A DNA stretch of 64,000 bases from an uncultured Candidatus Rokubacteria bacterium (lineage in GTDB: Bacteria > Methylomirabilota > Methylomirabilia > Rokubacteriales > DASRDR01). The notes below the pieces were generated by a model that searched no databases, had not been told where the DNA came from, and saw only the letters and a list, made by a program, of their open reading frames with translations. Where the stretch lies: contig CAWGVS010000005.1 in NCBI GenBank assembly GCA_963826115.1, positions 1,760,001 to 1,824,000 on the forward strand. The letters run 5' to 3'. Shown here piece by piece: positions 27,851-36,840 of the stretch; the stretch's first letter is position 1; each line of letters opens with the position of its first letter. The translations under genes were made by a program, and so were the position numbers.

Positions 27851-29362
27851 CTAGAGCCCGAAGAACCGCCGCATGCGGCTGAGCAGCTGGGTGGCCCGGT
27901 CCACTCCCGGACCCTCGTCGTCGACCACCACCGCGCGGTTGATCGCATGGTCGCGCTCCGCCTGCCGGCGCGCCAGCGTCTTCGAAAGGCGCTCGGGCAC
28001 CGTCGGGTCCGCGACCAGGAGAGGCCGCAGGGCCTCCTTGTGCAGGATCACGAGCCGGGTCTCCTCGACGGCGCGGATCGTCGCCGAGCGCGGTGCGCCC
28101 GTCAGGAGCGACATCTCGCCGAAGTAGTCCCCCGGCCCGAGCGTCGCCAGCGTCTGCTGGACGCCGCCGCCCGGCGCGCGCACCAGCACGTCCACTCGGC
28201 CCGATTCCACCAGGAACAGGCTGTCGCCCTCGTCGCCCTGGCGCACCACGGCCCCTCCCACGGGGTACGGCACGACACGGGACTCCGACGCCAGCCTCTC
28301 GAGCTGCTCGGACGTGAGCGCCTCCAGGAACTCGACCCCCGCCAGGAGCCTGGCGACTCGCGTCACCTCGACCGCCCGCGTCTCACCGGCCACCTTGACC
28401 GCGTCCCGCCAGTACACGTCGGCGGACGGGAACGGCAGCTCGATGCCGTGGAAGCGGAAGGCGTACCAGCAGCGGGACAGCACCTCGCCCTGGATGTCGT
28501 GGATCCGCGGGTAGTCGTCCAGGTAGTAGACGACCTGGTAGACGATGCACGAGCTCTCGAACCGTGCGACGCGGGCCTTGGGCGGCGGCTCGCGCAGGAC
28601 CCCCTCCACGTCGAGCGCGGCCCCGACCAGCACGTCCCGCACCCGCCCCGGCGGCTCCGCGTAGGGCGCGCTGACCTCCACCGCGTGGCCGTGGATCGGG
28701 TGCGGCTGGCTCATGTTCACGATCTCGGACTTGGCCACGACGCTGTTCGGCACGACCAGGAAGTCTTCCTGCCGGATCAGCTTCAACCGCACCGCCCGCC
28801 AGCTCACCTCCTGGACGCGGCCGATCAGGTTGTTCATCTGGATCCAGTCGCCGGGCTCGAACGGCCGCTCGAGCATCAGCGCGAGCCCGGCGAAGAGGTT
28901 CGACAGCGTCTCCTGGAGCGCGAGCCCGATGACGATCGAGAGAGCCGCCGACGTGGCGACCAAGGCCGCCACGTCCACGCCGAAGCTCGCGCGCAGGAGC
29001 ACCACCAGGATGAGGCCGCCGACCGCCGCCGCGACGACGTCCCGGACGATGGCCGGCGCGGGACGGGCTGCGCGGCGCCCGGGAAGCAGGTCGACGATCA
29101 TGACCTCGACAACCTTGAAGGCGCCGTAGGCCAGGGAGAACAGCACGAGGAAGCGGAGATACGGGTCGAGGAGGGGCGCCTCGGCCGGCGTCAGGGCCCG
29201 GAACAGCGCCACGCTCCCGGTGAACGCGATGAGGGACAGCGCGAACGAGAGCCGGCGGAGGTTTGCGCGCCGGCAGAGGATCCGCACGACGGCGACGGCC
29301 GTGACCAGCGCCAGGAGCGCCGGGACGCCCCCCCGGATGAGATCGATCACCGATGCCTGCAT
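27851..29362 (-). CDS. MscS-family channel with C-terminal cyclic-nucleotide-binding domain (bCNG-like)
   Basis: GLALQETLSNLFAG, PFEPGDWI, VPNS, GIELPFP; CNB domain GD.GDSLFLV.SG and FGEMSLLTGAPRSAT. Confidence 0.92.
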   Translation of the reverse strand: MQASVIDLIRGGVPALLALVTAVAVVRILCRRANLRRLSFALSLIAFTGSVALFRALTPAEAPLLDPYLRFLVLFSLAYGAFKVVEVMIVDLLPGRRAARPAPAIVRDVVAAAVGGLILVVLLRASFGVDVAALVATSAALSIVIGLALQETLSNLFAGLALMLERPFEPGDWIQMNNLIGRVQEVSWRAVRLKLIRQEDFLVVPNSVVAKSEIVNMSQPHPIHGHAVEVSAPYAEPPGRVRDVLVGAALDVEGVLREPPPKARVARFESSCIVYQVVYYLDDYPRIHDIQGEVLSRCWYAFRFHGIELPFPSADVYWRDAVKVAGETRAVEVTRVARLLAGVEFLEALTSEQLERLASESRVVPYPVGGAVVRQGDEGDSLFLVESGRVDVLVRAPGGGVQQTLATLGPGDYFGEMSLLTGAPRSATIRAVEETRLVILHKEALRPLLVADPTVPERLSKTLARRQAERDHAINRAVVVDDEGPGVDRATQLLSRMRRFFGL

Positions 29363-29421
29363 GCCGCCTCTCGGGGCGTCGGACAGAAGCCCAGACCCAA
29401 ACCGCCTCCCCGCATCGCCCG

Positions 29422-29450
29422 ATGGTACGACAAAACGCAAGGCACGACAA
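29422..29450 (-). promoter_or_regulatory. Sigma70-like promoter of the MscS-cyclase operon
   Basis: TTGTCG-N17-TACCAT on the minus strand, in an AT-richer patch. Confidence 0.5.
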
Positions 29451-29586
29451 ATCGCGGGGTTGAAGCCCGCCAGCCGACCTCGCCACGCTCCGCCGCGGTC
29501 GCTTGCGGAACCCCCCCCGGGGGTGCTTGAGTAGGTGCCGACCGAGCACGCGAGCACCGGCGGCGACGCCGGGGAGAGGCGGCAGA

Positions 29587-30795
29587 GTGGACTTCGAGTA
29601 CTCGAAGCGGACGCGGGAGCACCTCGAGCAGCTCACCGACTTCATGACGCGCCACGTCTACCCGAGCGAGCAGACCTTCCTCGACCAGCTCGACGCCGGC
29701 CCGACCCGCTGGCAGGTGCCGCCGATCGTCGAGGAGCTCAAGGCCAGGGCGCGCGAGCGCGGGCTCTGGAACCTCTTCCTGCCCGAGAGCGAGCATGGGT
29801 CGGGGCTGACCAACCTCGAGTACGCGCCGCTCTGCGAGGTGATGGGGCGCTCCCCGATCGCGTCCGAGGTGTTCAACTGCTCGGCGCCGGACACCGGCAA
29901 CATGGAGGTCCTGGTCCGCTACGGCTCGCCGGCCCACAAGCGCGAGTGGCTCGCGCCGCTCCTCGACGGCAAGATCCGCTCGGCGTTCGCGATGACCGAG
30001 CCGGCCGTGGCGTCGTCGGACGCGACGAACATCGAGGCGAGCATCGTCCGCGACGGTGACGACTACGTCATCAACGGGCGCAAGTGGTGGACCTCGGGGA
30101 TCGGCGACCCCCGCTGCAAGCTGATCATCTTCATGGGAAAGACCGATCCGTCCAATCCCGACCGCTACAAGCAGCAGTCGATGATCCTGGTGCCCCGCGA
30201 CGCCCCGGGCGTCCGCGTGGTGCGCATGCTCACCGTTTACGGCTACGACGACGCCCCGCACGGGCACGGCGAGGTCGTCTTCGACAACGTGCGGGTCCCC
30301 GCGACCAACCTGCTGCTCGGCGAGGGCCGGGGCTTCGAGATCGCGCAGGGACGGCTCGGCCCGGGGCGGATCCACCACTGCATGCGACAGATCGGCGTCG
30401 CCGAGCGCGCGCTCGAGCTGATGTGCCGCCGCGCCCAGGAGCGCGTCGCCTTCGGCAAGCGCCTGGCGGAGAACGACGTCAGCCTCGAGCGGATCGCCCA
30501 GTCGCGGATCGAGATCGACCAGGCTCGCCTCCTCGTGCTCCACGCCGCGTGGGCCATGGACACCGTCGGCAACAAGGCGGCCAAGCAAGCGATCGCGGCC
30601 ATCAAGGTCGCGGTGCCCAACACGACCCTCCGCGTGCTGGACCGGGCGATCCAGCTCCACGGCGGCGGCGGCGTGAGCCAGGCGTTCCCTCTCGCCTACT
30701 GGTGGGCGCACTCGCGGACGCTGCGCTTCGCCGACGGCCCGGACGAGGTGCACCGGCGCCAGATCGGGCGCCTCGAGCTCCGCAAGCACGCCTGA
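29587..30795 (+). CDS. Acyl-CoA dehydrogenase (ACAD10/11 / FadE2-like)
   Basis: [56 protein letters not shown]. Confidence 0.95.
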   Translation: MDFEYSKRTREHLEQLTDFMTRHVYPSEQTFLDQLDAGPTRWQVPPIVEELKARARERGLWNLFLPESEHGSGLTNLEYAPLCEVMGRSPIASEVFNCSAPDTGNMEVLVRYGSPAHKREWLAPLLDGKIRSAFAMTEPAVASSDATNIEASIVRDGDDYVINGRKWWTSGIGDPRCKLIIFMGKTDPSNPDRYKQQSMILVPRDAPGVRVVRMLTVYGYDDAPHGHGEVVFDNVRVPATNLLLGEGRGFEIAQGRLGPGRIHHCMRQIGVAERALELMCRRAQERVAFGKRLAENDVSLERIAQSRIEIDQARLLVLHAAWAMDTVGNKAAKQAIAAIKVAVPNTTLRVLDRAIQLHGGGGVSQAFPLAYWWAHSRTLRFADGPDEVHRRQIGRLELRKHA

Positions 30796-30823
30796 GGCGC
30801 AGCCGGGCAGGCCGGGATCCTCC

Positions 30824-31780
30824 CTAGGGGGCGCGGTCGTCCGCCCAGTAGTCGTAGAAGTTGAACCACTGGTACGGCGCCATCAGGCAGTAGCGCTCCA
30901 GCCGCCGCGCGAAATCGCCGGCCAGCGCGTCCAGGTCCTCCGGACCCGACACGGCGACCCGATCGGCGAACCGCTCCGCGTAGACCCGGTAGCGCGCCGG
31001 GCCCGTCCGCAGCGCCAGCATGAGGACCATGGGGCACTTGAGCAGGCTCCCCAGCAAGAACGGGCCGTGGGGCAACGTCGTCGGATCCCCGAGAAAGTCG
31101 ACCCGGCCGGTCCGCTTCTCGTCGCCGATGCCGACCCGGTCCGCGAGGAGCGCCACGAACTCGCCGCGGTCGATGCACGCCTTGATGGAGAAGACCGAGT
31201 TGATCGACGCGGGATCGAGCTCGATCACCCGGAGGGCCGCGCCGCGGTCGAGGGTCTGGAAGATGGAGTTGATCTTCCGCGCGTGCTCGATGAACATCAC
31301 GACGTTCACGACGACCCCGGCGCGCCGGGCCAGGACGCGGAGCGCGTCGAAGCTGCCGAGGTGCGCCCCGAGGATGATGGCGCCGCGCCCGTCGGCGCCC
31401 GCCCGCGTGTACTCGGCCTCGTCGGGAAACTCGATGGCGAAGTCGTCGTCCTGGCCCAGCCAGAAGCCGACCCGGTCGAGGATGTTCAGCCCGCACTCGT
31501 GGTAGTGGCGGAAGGAGTGCCGCCACGTCGGCCGGCTCCCGAGCGCAGTCCGGCCGCCCGGCCGCGCGTACAGGCGGCGGAGGTACCGCAGCGAGGCGCG
31601 CCGCCCCCGACCGTCGGTGAGGAAGAAGTAGAGGACGACGGGCAGGATGACCAGCTGGCAGATGCGGCGTCCGAGCCACCGGTAGCACCAGACGACGAAG
31701 CGCATGCCCAGGATCGAGCCGCGTTCCCGGACGGAGAGCCATCCCCCGGTGCCGGACGCGGCCGCGGTCGTGGTCGCCAC
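30824..31780 (-). CDS. LpxL/HtrB-like acyltransferase (ApeJ C-terminal-like)
   Basis: W....ERGS N-terminus, AHLGSFD, LADR, P.GPF, PYQWFNFYDYW. Confidence 0.85.
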   Translation of the reverse strand: MATTTAAASGTGGWLSVRERGSILGMRFVVWCYRWLGRRICQLVILPVVLYFFLTDGRGRRASLRYLRRLYARPGGRTALGSRPTWRHSFRHYHECGLNILDRVGFWLGQDDDFAIEFPDEAEYTRAGADGRGAIILGAHLGSFDALRVLARRAGVVVNVVMFIEHARKINSIFQTLDRGAALRVIELDPASINSVFSIKACIDRGEFVALLADRVGIGDEKRTGRVDFLGDPTTLPHGPFLLGSLLKCPMVLMLALRTGPARYRVYAERFADRVAVSGPEDLDALAGDFARRLERYCLMAPYQWFNFYDYWADDRAP

Positions 31781-31781
31781 G

Positions 31782-32495
31782 CTAGCCGAGGGCGCGCCGG
31801 GCCCGCGCCAGCACGAGGCGGACGTACGCGCGCGTGATCAGGGCGTTGTCGCGCACCATCCGGAAGTTCGACAGCCCGCCGGCAAAGTACCGGACCCGGG
31901 TCGGGATGTTGACGATCGGGACGCCGTCCCAGGCCAGGCGCACCACGATCTCGGGATCGAACTCCATCCGGTCGCCCAGGCCGCCGGCGTCCAGGACGGG
32001 GATGGTGCGACGGAGCGGGAAGCACCGGAACCCGCAGAGGGGGTCCCGGATGGCGAGGGACCCCGTGACGCCCCACACGAACGCCTGGGACAGGCGCCGG
32101 CCGTACAGCCGCGCGCGCGGCGAGTCCGCGCCGAAGATCGGCTGCCCCAGGATCAGCGCCTCCGGATCCCGGTGGGCGGCGTCGAGGAACTTCGCCACGT
32201 CGGCCGGATCGTGCTGGCCGTCGGCGTCCAGCTGCACGACGTGCGAGAAGGCTCGCTCGGCAGCACGGTAGTAGCCGTGTCGCAGCGCCGCGCCCCGCCC
32301 GCGGTTCTCGGGAAGGCGGCGGAGCTCGACCCACGGCCACCGCGCGGCCGCGCCGCGTAGCGTCTCCTGGGTGGCCTCGTCACTCCCGTCGTCGACGACC
32401 AGGCACGGCAGCCCGAGCGGCGACAGCGACTCCAGCACGCCGCCGATCGTCTCCCGGTGGTTGTAGATCGGGACGAGCAGGCAGGGGTTCACCAT
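31782..32495 (-). CDS. GT2 glycosyltransferase (ApeJ N-terminal-like)
   Basis: VPIYNH, VDDGSD, N.GRG.A, DADGQH, DPLCGFR, RMEFDPE, SNFR..RDN. Confidence 0.9.
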   Translation of the reverse strand: MVNPCLLVPIYNHRETIGGVLESLSPLGLPCLVVDDGSDEATQETLRGAAARWPWVELRRLPENRGRGAALRHGYYRAAERAFSHVVQLDADGQHDPADVAKFLDAAHRDPEALILGQPIFGADSPRARLYGRRLSQAFVWGVTGSLAIRDPLCGFRCFPLRRTIPVLDAGGLGDRMEFDPEIVVRLAWDGVPIVNIPTRVRYFAGGLSNFRMVRDNALITRAYVRLVLARARRALG

Positions 32496-32578
32496 CCGTC
32501 AGCGGCTGTCTCGGGCCCCGGGCGCCGGCGGGCTAGCCGGGCGCCGCGACCGTCGCGAGGGCGACCTCGCGCCCCGCC

Positions 32579-33179
32579 CTAGCTCGGGGCATTCGCGAAG
32601 CGTCGGTGCCGGTACGCCAGCTCCGCCATGAAGAGCGCGCCGGCGAGGAGGTAGGCCAGGACCCCGGTGTAGAGCGCCCAGGAGGCGAGGCTCGCGTAGA
32701 ACGCGAGCCACGTGATGAACGCGGCGTTCAGCCCGAAGAAGACGCACCAGAGCAGCGTGAGCCGCCAGCAGTACTGCACGGCCCCGTCCGGCAACGGCCC
32801 CCCGCGCCGGACGCGGCGCGCGATGCTCTCGATCATCGACGGGCCGCTCACCAGGGTCCGGCCGAAGGAGAGCAGCATCGCGACGTTCGCCAGCGCGGGC
32901 CCCAGGCGGAACACGTGCGCCTCGTTCAGGAACGCGGCCACCAGCAGGAACACGATGACCAGCCCGATCTCGGTCAGGCGCCACAGCGACTCACCGCGGA
33001 GGCCCGATCGCCAGGCCATGGCGCCGGGAATCGAGCATCACCATCGCGACGACGACGACGGTCAGCCGCGGGCGCCCGAGCGCCATGCCGAGGGAGATGA
33101 GGAACGGGTAGCCGACGGTGATGGTCGCCAGGAGCGTCGTCATGGGGGACGCCGCCACCGGACTGCCGCTCGTCGTCAT
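32579..33179 (-). pseudogene. COG4648 / ApeG-like membrane protein with a +1 frameshift near 33030
   Basis: The N-terminal part (ATG 33179, TVGYPFLI) and the C-terminal part (P.L.N...F..TL..GPSMIE.IAR, W.LYTG...Y) are in different frames. Confidence 0.7.
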
Positions 33180-34009
33180 CGCCCCGCGCGCAGGCTCCGC
33201 TCGAAGAAGTCCTGGAGGAGGTCCGTCAGCTCCCGGGCCCCACCGGACTCGGTCTTGCCGGCGGACGGGTGGTCGCGGACGCGGATCGGATCCATCACGG
33301 TGAGCGTCAGATGGGCCGCGCGGTCGGGCACGTCGTACCACCGCTGGCCCTTCATCAGGGTCGGAGGGACGCAGGTGATGACCACGGGAACCAGGTCGTG
33401 GCCGCTCCGGAGCGCGATCCGGGCCGCTCCGCGACGGAACGGACGCAGCCCGCCCTTCGGCGACCGCGTCCCTTCCGGGAAGAGCAGCAGGGACCGCCCC
33501 GCCCGTAGGCAGTCGGTTCCCGCCTGGATGAGCGCCTCGGGCCGGTCGTTGGGGATGTAGCCGGCGGACTCCACGATCCGGCGGAAAAGCGGACGCCGCT
33601 GGGCCTCGGTCTTCACGATGCAGACGGCCTGGGGCATGGCGGCCACGAGCAGGACGACGTCGATCAGCGTCGGATGATTCGCGACGACGAGGACCGGCTG
33701 GTCGCCCAGGCGCTCCCGGCCGTTCCACGTGACGCGGATCAGACCGGTCGTCGCCATGAACCAGGCGAACAGCCGGAACGCGCGGTGGATCAGCAGCAGG
33801 ACGCGCCGCTGCGTGTCGGCTCGTCGCCACGACAGGACGCGCAGCAGCGGCACGGCCACCGTCCCGATCACCACCACGCCGATCCCGAAAACCGCAAAGG
33901 CCACGCCCGTGCGGAGGGCCCGCCACCCCCGGCTCAGCGACGACGGCGCCCGGAGCGGCGCGGCGGCCGGGCGCGGCTCCTCGACCAGCTGCTCGGTCGC
34001 CGATCTCAC
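33176..34009 (-). CDS. PlsC-like lysophospholipid acyltransferase (ApeD-like)
   Basis: ANHPTLID, FPEGTRS, F.RGAA.IA, P.L.KG..WY; GTGA coupling with the upstream gene. Confidence 0.9.
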   Translation of the reverse strand: MRSATEQLVEEPRPAAAPLRAPSSLSRGWRALRTGVAFAVFGIGVVVIGTVAVPLLRVLSWRRADTQRRVLLLIHRAFRLFAWFMATTGLIRVTWNGRERLGDQPVLVVANHPTLIDVVLLVAAMPQAVCIVKTEAQRRPLFRRIVESAGYIPNDRPEALIQAGTDCLRAGRSLLLFPEGTRSPKGGLRPFRRGAARIALRSGHDLVPVVITCVPPTLMKGQRWYDVPDRAAHLTLTVMDPIRVRDHPSAGKTESGGARELTDLLQDFFERSLRAGR

Positions 34010-34890
34010 CCGTGCGCTCCCGCCGGGGATCCGGGACCCGCCAGGCCCCGGGCAACGCCCTGGGCCGCCGTCGCCGGGCGGTCCGCGGAGTAGGCCGCGA
34101 CACCGAAGAGCTGATCGACCCGCACGAACGTGAAACCGCGAGCGCGCAGGCCGTCGATCACCCGCGGAAGCGCTCGGATCGTCGCCGACCGGTCGACGCT
34201 CCCCTGGAGGCCGCCTCCGTCGTGGAGCAGGATCACGCCGCCGTCGATCGCGCCCTCGACGATGCGGCGCGCGATCCGCTCCGGGTCGCGGATGACGTAG
34301 TCCATCCCGCGCACCTGCCACCCGATCGCGACCATGCCGTGCTCCGACAGCACTCCGCCGAGGGGGGGCGTCTTCAGGCCCTGGGGGGACCGGAACAGGC
34401 ACGGCTCCAGCCCGATGGCAGAGCGGATCGCCTGGTTGCACGCGCCGATCTCGCGGCGCAGGCCCCTGCCGTGAGAGAAGTGGAATCGGAGGGAATGGGT
34501 CTCGGTGTGGTTGCCGATCGCATGGCCCATGTCGTGAGCGCGCTGGACGAGCTCCGGGTGGCGGCGGGCGCGCTCACCCACCACGAAGAACGTGGCCGGG
34601 ACTCCCTTCTCCGCGAGGATGTCGAGGATCCGGGGCGTGAACGACGCGTCGGGACCGTCATCGAACGTGAGGGCCACCGCACGCCCGGCCGCGCGCGAGG
34701 GCGTGGTCGACCGCCAGAGGGTGCGGGTGAAGACGCTCGAGTTGACGCGCCCGATAGCCCAGGCGAAGAGCGCCAATGCGGCCACTACGGCCGCCGTCGC
34801 CAGGATCCAGGACAGGGGCCGCGGCGCGAGCGCGAGGCTGGCGGCGGCCCCGAGGCCCGTCAGGACCATGATGAGGATCGCCCTCGCCAT
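34006..34890 (-). CDS. Membrane-anchored polysaccharide deacetylase (CE4)
   Basis: Two N-terminal TMs, ALTFDDGP, GNHTETH, FRSP.G, ILLHDG. Confidence 0.9.
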   Translation of the reverse strand: MARAILIMVLTGLGAAASLALAPRPLSWILATAAVVAALALFAWAIGRVNSSVFTRTLWRSTTPSRAAGRAVALTFDDGPDASFTPRILDILAEKGVPATFFVVGERARRHPELVQRAHDMGHAIGNHTETHSLRFHFSHGRGLRREIGACNQAIRSAIGLEPCLFRSPQGLKTPPLGGVLSEHGMVAIGWQVRGMDYVIRDPERIARRIVEGAIDGGVILLHDGGGLQGSVDRSATIRALPRVIDGLRARGFTFVRVDQLFGVAAYSADRPATAAQGVARGLAGPGSPAGAHG

Positions 34891-34933
34891 CAGGTCCCCC
34901 GCGCCAGCGCGCGCGCCGGTCGGCCGATCGGGA

Positions 34934-35674
34934 TCAGCGGATCCGGGCGCGCGCCCATGCGTCTCCCCCGGCCGTCGGCCTCTGGCGCGACCGGCGGCGC
35001 AACGACAGCCAGGCCCCGAGCAAACCGAGGACCGCCCCGGCCAGGACGTCGATCGCGACGTGCTGCCTGGTCGCCATGGCCGAGTACACGATCGCCAGCC
35101 CCCAGCACCAGCTGGCGGCGCGCGCCACCCGCCCCGCCCCCATCTCGCGGAGCAGCGCGTCGAGCCAGGCGGCGGAAAACAGCGCGGCCGCCACGTGGAG
35201 CGACGGGCAAGCGTTCCCCGCGGCGTCCAGCCCCTCCAGGACGTGGAAGCCCGGATAGCGGCCCCGGTCGACGCTCGGAGGAGGCACGACCGTCGGCCAC
35301 AGGAGGAAGCAGATCAGCCCGGCGACGCACACCGCGCCGATCGCGAGCCCGTAGCCCACCAGCTCGCGCAGGGTCAGGAGCAGTGCTGGCGGCAGCGACA
35401 CGTATGGCCAGAGGGTGACGTACAGAAACAGCGCGGGTGGCCAGAAGCCGACGAGGTGGTCGAGCGCCGTCAGCGGCATCTCGGTGACGGGAAACAGCGG
35501 ATGGTTCAGGAGATGCCGGTACGCGACGAAGAAGAGGAAGATGAGCGCCGGAGTGCCGAGGGCCTTCCACAGCATGTGACGTCCAATGCGGGCAGGAACC
35601 TGACGGTACCAGGCGGGCGGGGGCTTGCTCGCGCTCACGTCCAGGGCCGTGCTGTTCTGCCATCGCTGCGTCAC
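34934..35674 (-). CDS. PAP2/AUR1-like membrane phosphoesterase or phosphotransferase
   Basis: D.AGNACPSLHVA and TRQH...DV motifs; about 6 TMs; start uncertain. Confidence 0.8.
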   Translation of the reverse strand: MTQRWQNSTALDVSASKPPPAWYRQVPARIGRHMLWKALGTPALIFLFFVAYRHLLNHPLFPVTEMPLTALDHLVGFWPPALFLYVTLWPYVSLPPALLLTLRELVGYGLAIGAVCVAGLICFLLWPTVVPPPSVDRGRYPGFHVLEGLDAAGNACPSLHVAAALFSAAWLDALLREMGAGRVARAASWCWGLAIVYSAMATRQHVAIDVLAGAVLGLLGAWLSLRRRSRQRPTAGGDAWARARIR

Positions 35675-35708
35675 CCCGACATGCTCCTGCCGGTGGCAGT
35701 GGAGTCGG

Positions 35709-35738
35709 ACAATACCCGCCTGCGATGCGCTGTGTCAA
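35709..35738 (-). promoter_or_regulatory. Sigma70-like promoter of the lipid-tailoring module
   Basis: TTGACA-N18-TATTGT on the minus strand. Confidence 0.55.
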
Positions 35739-35778
35739 GGTAACGGTACACCGAACGGGGCCTTGGCGGTCGTCGACG

Positions 35779-36837
35779 CTACGATCCGGGCTCCACGACG
35801 GCCCAGGCCGCGTCGGCCAGCGGCCGCGCCCGCTCGCCCCGCCGGCGCGCGTCCGGATCGCTCGCGGTGCCGTCCCGGACGCGTCCCATGATCCCCTGGC
35901 AGATCGCCGCCAGGCGAAACAGGGCGAAGGCCACGTAGAACTCCCAGCCGGGGATCCCGTCCCGCTCGGTCAGCCGGCAATAGCGAGCCACGACCTCGCT
36001 CTCGGCGGGAATGCCGAGCCGCCCGAGGTCGAGGCCTCGGAAGCCGTCGATCCCCGGCGGCATGCGGAACGGCGTGCAGAGATACCCGAGGTCCCCCAGC
36101 GGATGGCCGAGCGTCGAGAGCTCCCAGTCGAGCACGGCCAGGATCCGCGGCTCGGTCGGATGGACCACGGTGTTGCCGATCCGGAAGTCCCCGTGGACGA
36201 CCGTGGTGGTGTCGTCGCCGGGAACGTGCGCGGGCAGCCACTCGATGAGGCGCTCCATCGCGGGAATGGTCTCGGTCTCGGAGGCGCGGTACTGCCCCAC
36301 CCAGCGGTGGAGCTGGCGCGCGTAGTAGTTGCCCGGGCGTCCGAAGTCCGCGAGGCCGCGGGCCCGCCAGTCGACCTCGTGGAGACGGGCCAGGACCATG
36401 ACGGCGTCGTCCCACAGGGCGCGCCGGTCGGCGCGCGTGAGCCCGGGGAGGCTCAGGTCGGCCAGCACCCGCCCCGCGACGTAGCGCATCACGTAGAACG
36501 GCGTCCCGACGATCGCGGCGTCCTCGCACAGTACGAGGGCCTCCGGGACGGGAACGGGCGTTCCATGGAGGGCTGCGAGCACCCGGAACTCGCGCTCCAC
36601 GGCGTGCGCCGACGGCAGGAGCTTCCCGGGCGGCTTCCGCCGGAGCACGTACTCCCCGCTTGCGGCGCGCAGGTGGTACGTCGGGTTGGACTGGCCGCCG
36701 AGGAACTGCCGGACCTCCAGGGGGCCGGCGAAGCCGGGCAGTCGGCCGGCCAGGTAGGACTCGAGCGCGCCGACATCGAACCGGTGCGCCTCGCGAACCG
36801 GTGCGGTGCCGGGCGCCGCGGCCCCGCCGGGCGGCAT
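35779..36837 (-). CDS. APH-family phosphotransferase (ACAD10/11 kinase-domain-like)
   Basis: GGQSNPTY, VLRRKPPG.LLPSAHAV.RE, HGDFRIGN, LDWELSTLGHP. Confidence 0.92.
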   Translation of the reverse strand: MPPGGAAAPGTAPVREAHRFDVGALESYLAGRLPGFAGPLEVRQFLGGQSNPTYHLRAASGEYVLRRKPPGKLLPSAHAVEREFRVLAALHGTPVPVPEALVLCEDAAIVGTPFYVMRYVAGRVLADLSLPGLTRADRRALWDDAVMVLARLHEVDWRARGLADFGRPGNYYARQLHRWVGQYRASETETIPAMERLIEWLPAHVPGDDTTTVVHGDFRIGNTVVHPTEPRILAVLDWELSTLGHPLGDLGYLCTPFRMPPGIDGFRGLDLGRLGIPAESEVVARYCRLTERDGIPGWEFYVAFALFRLAAICQGIMGRVRDGTASDPDARRRGERARPLADAAWAVVEPGS

Positions 36838-36840
36838 CCG

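Noticed and set aside
26501-29530. 1009-aa plus-strand ORF
   Set aside because: Antisense shadow of the cyclase and MscS genes.
29363-29586. Riboswitch or ncRNA in the divergent intergenic region
   Set aside because: No recognisable conserved aptamer motif; divergent promoters explain the region. An Rfam/Infernal search would settle it.
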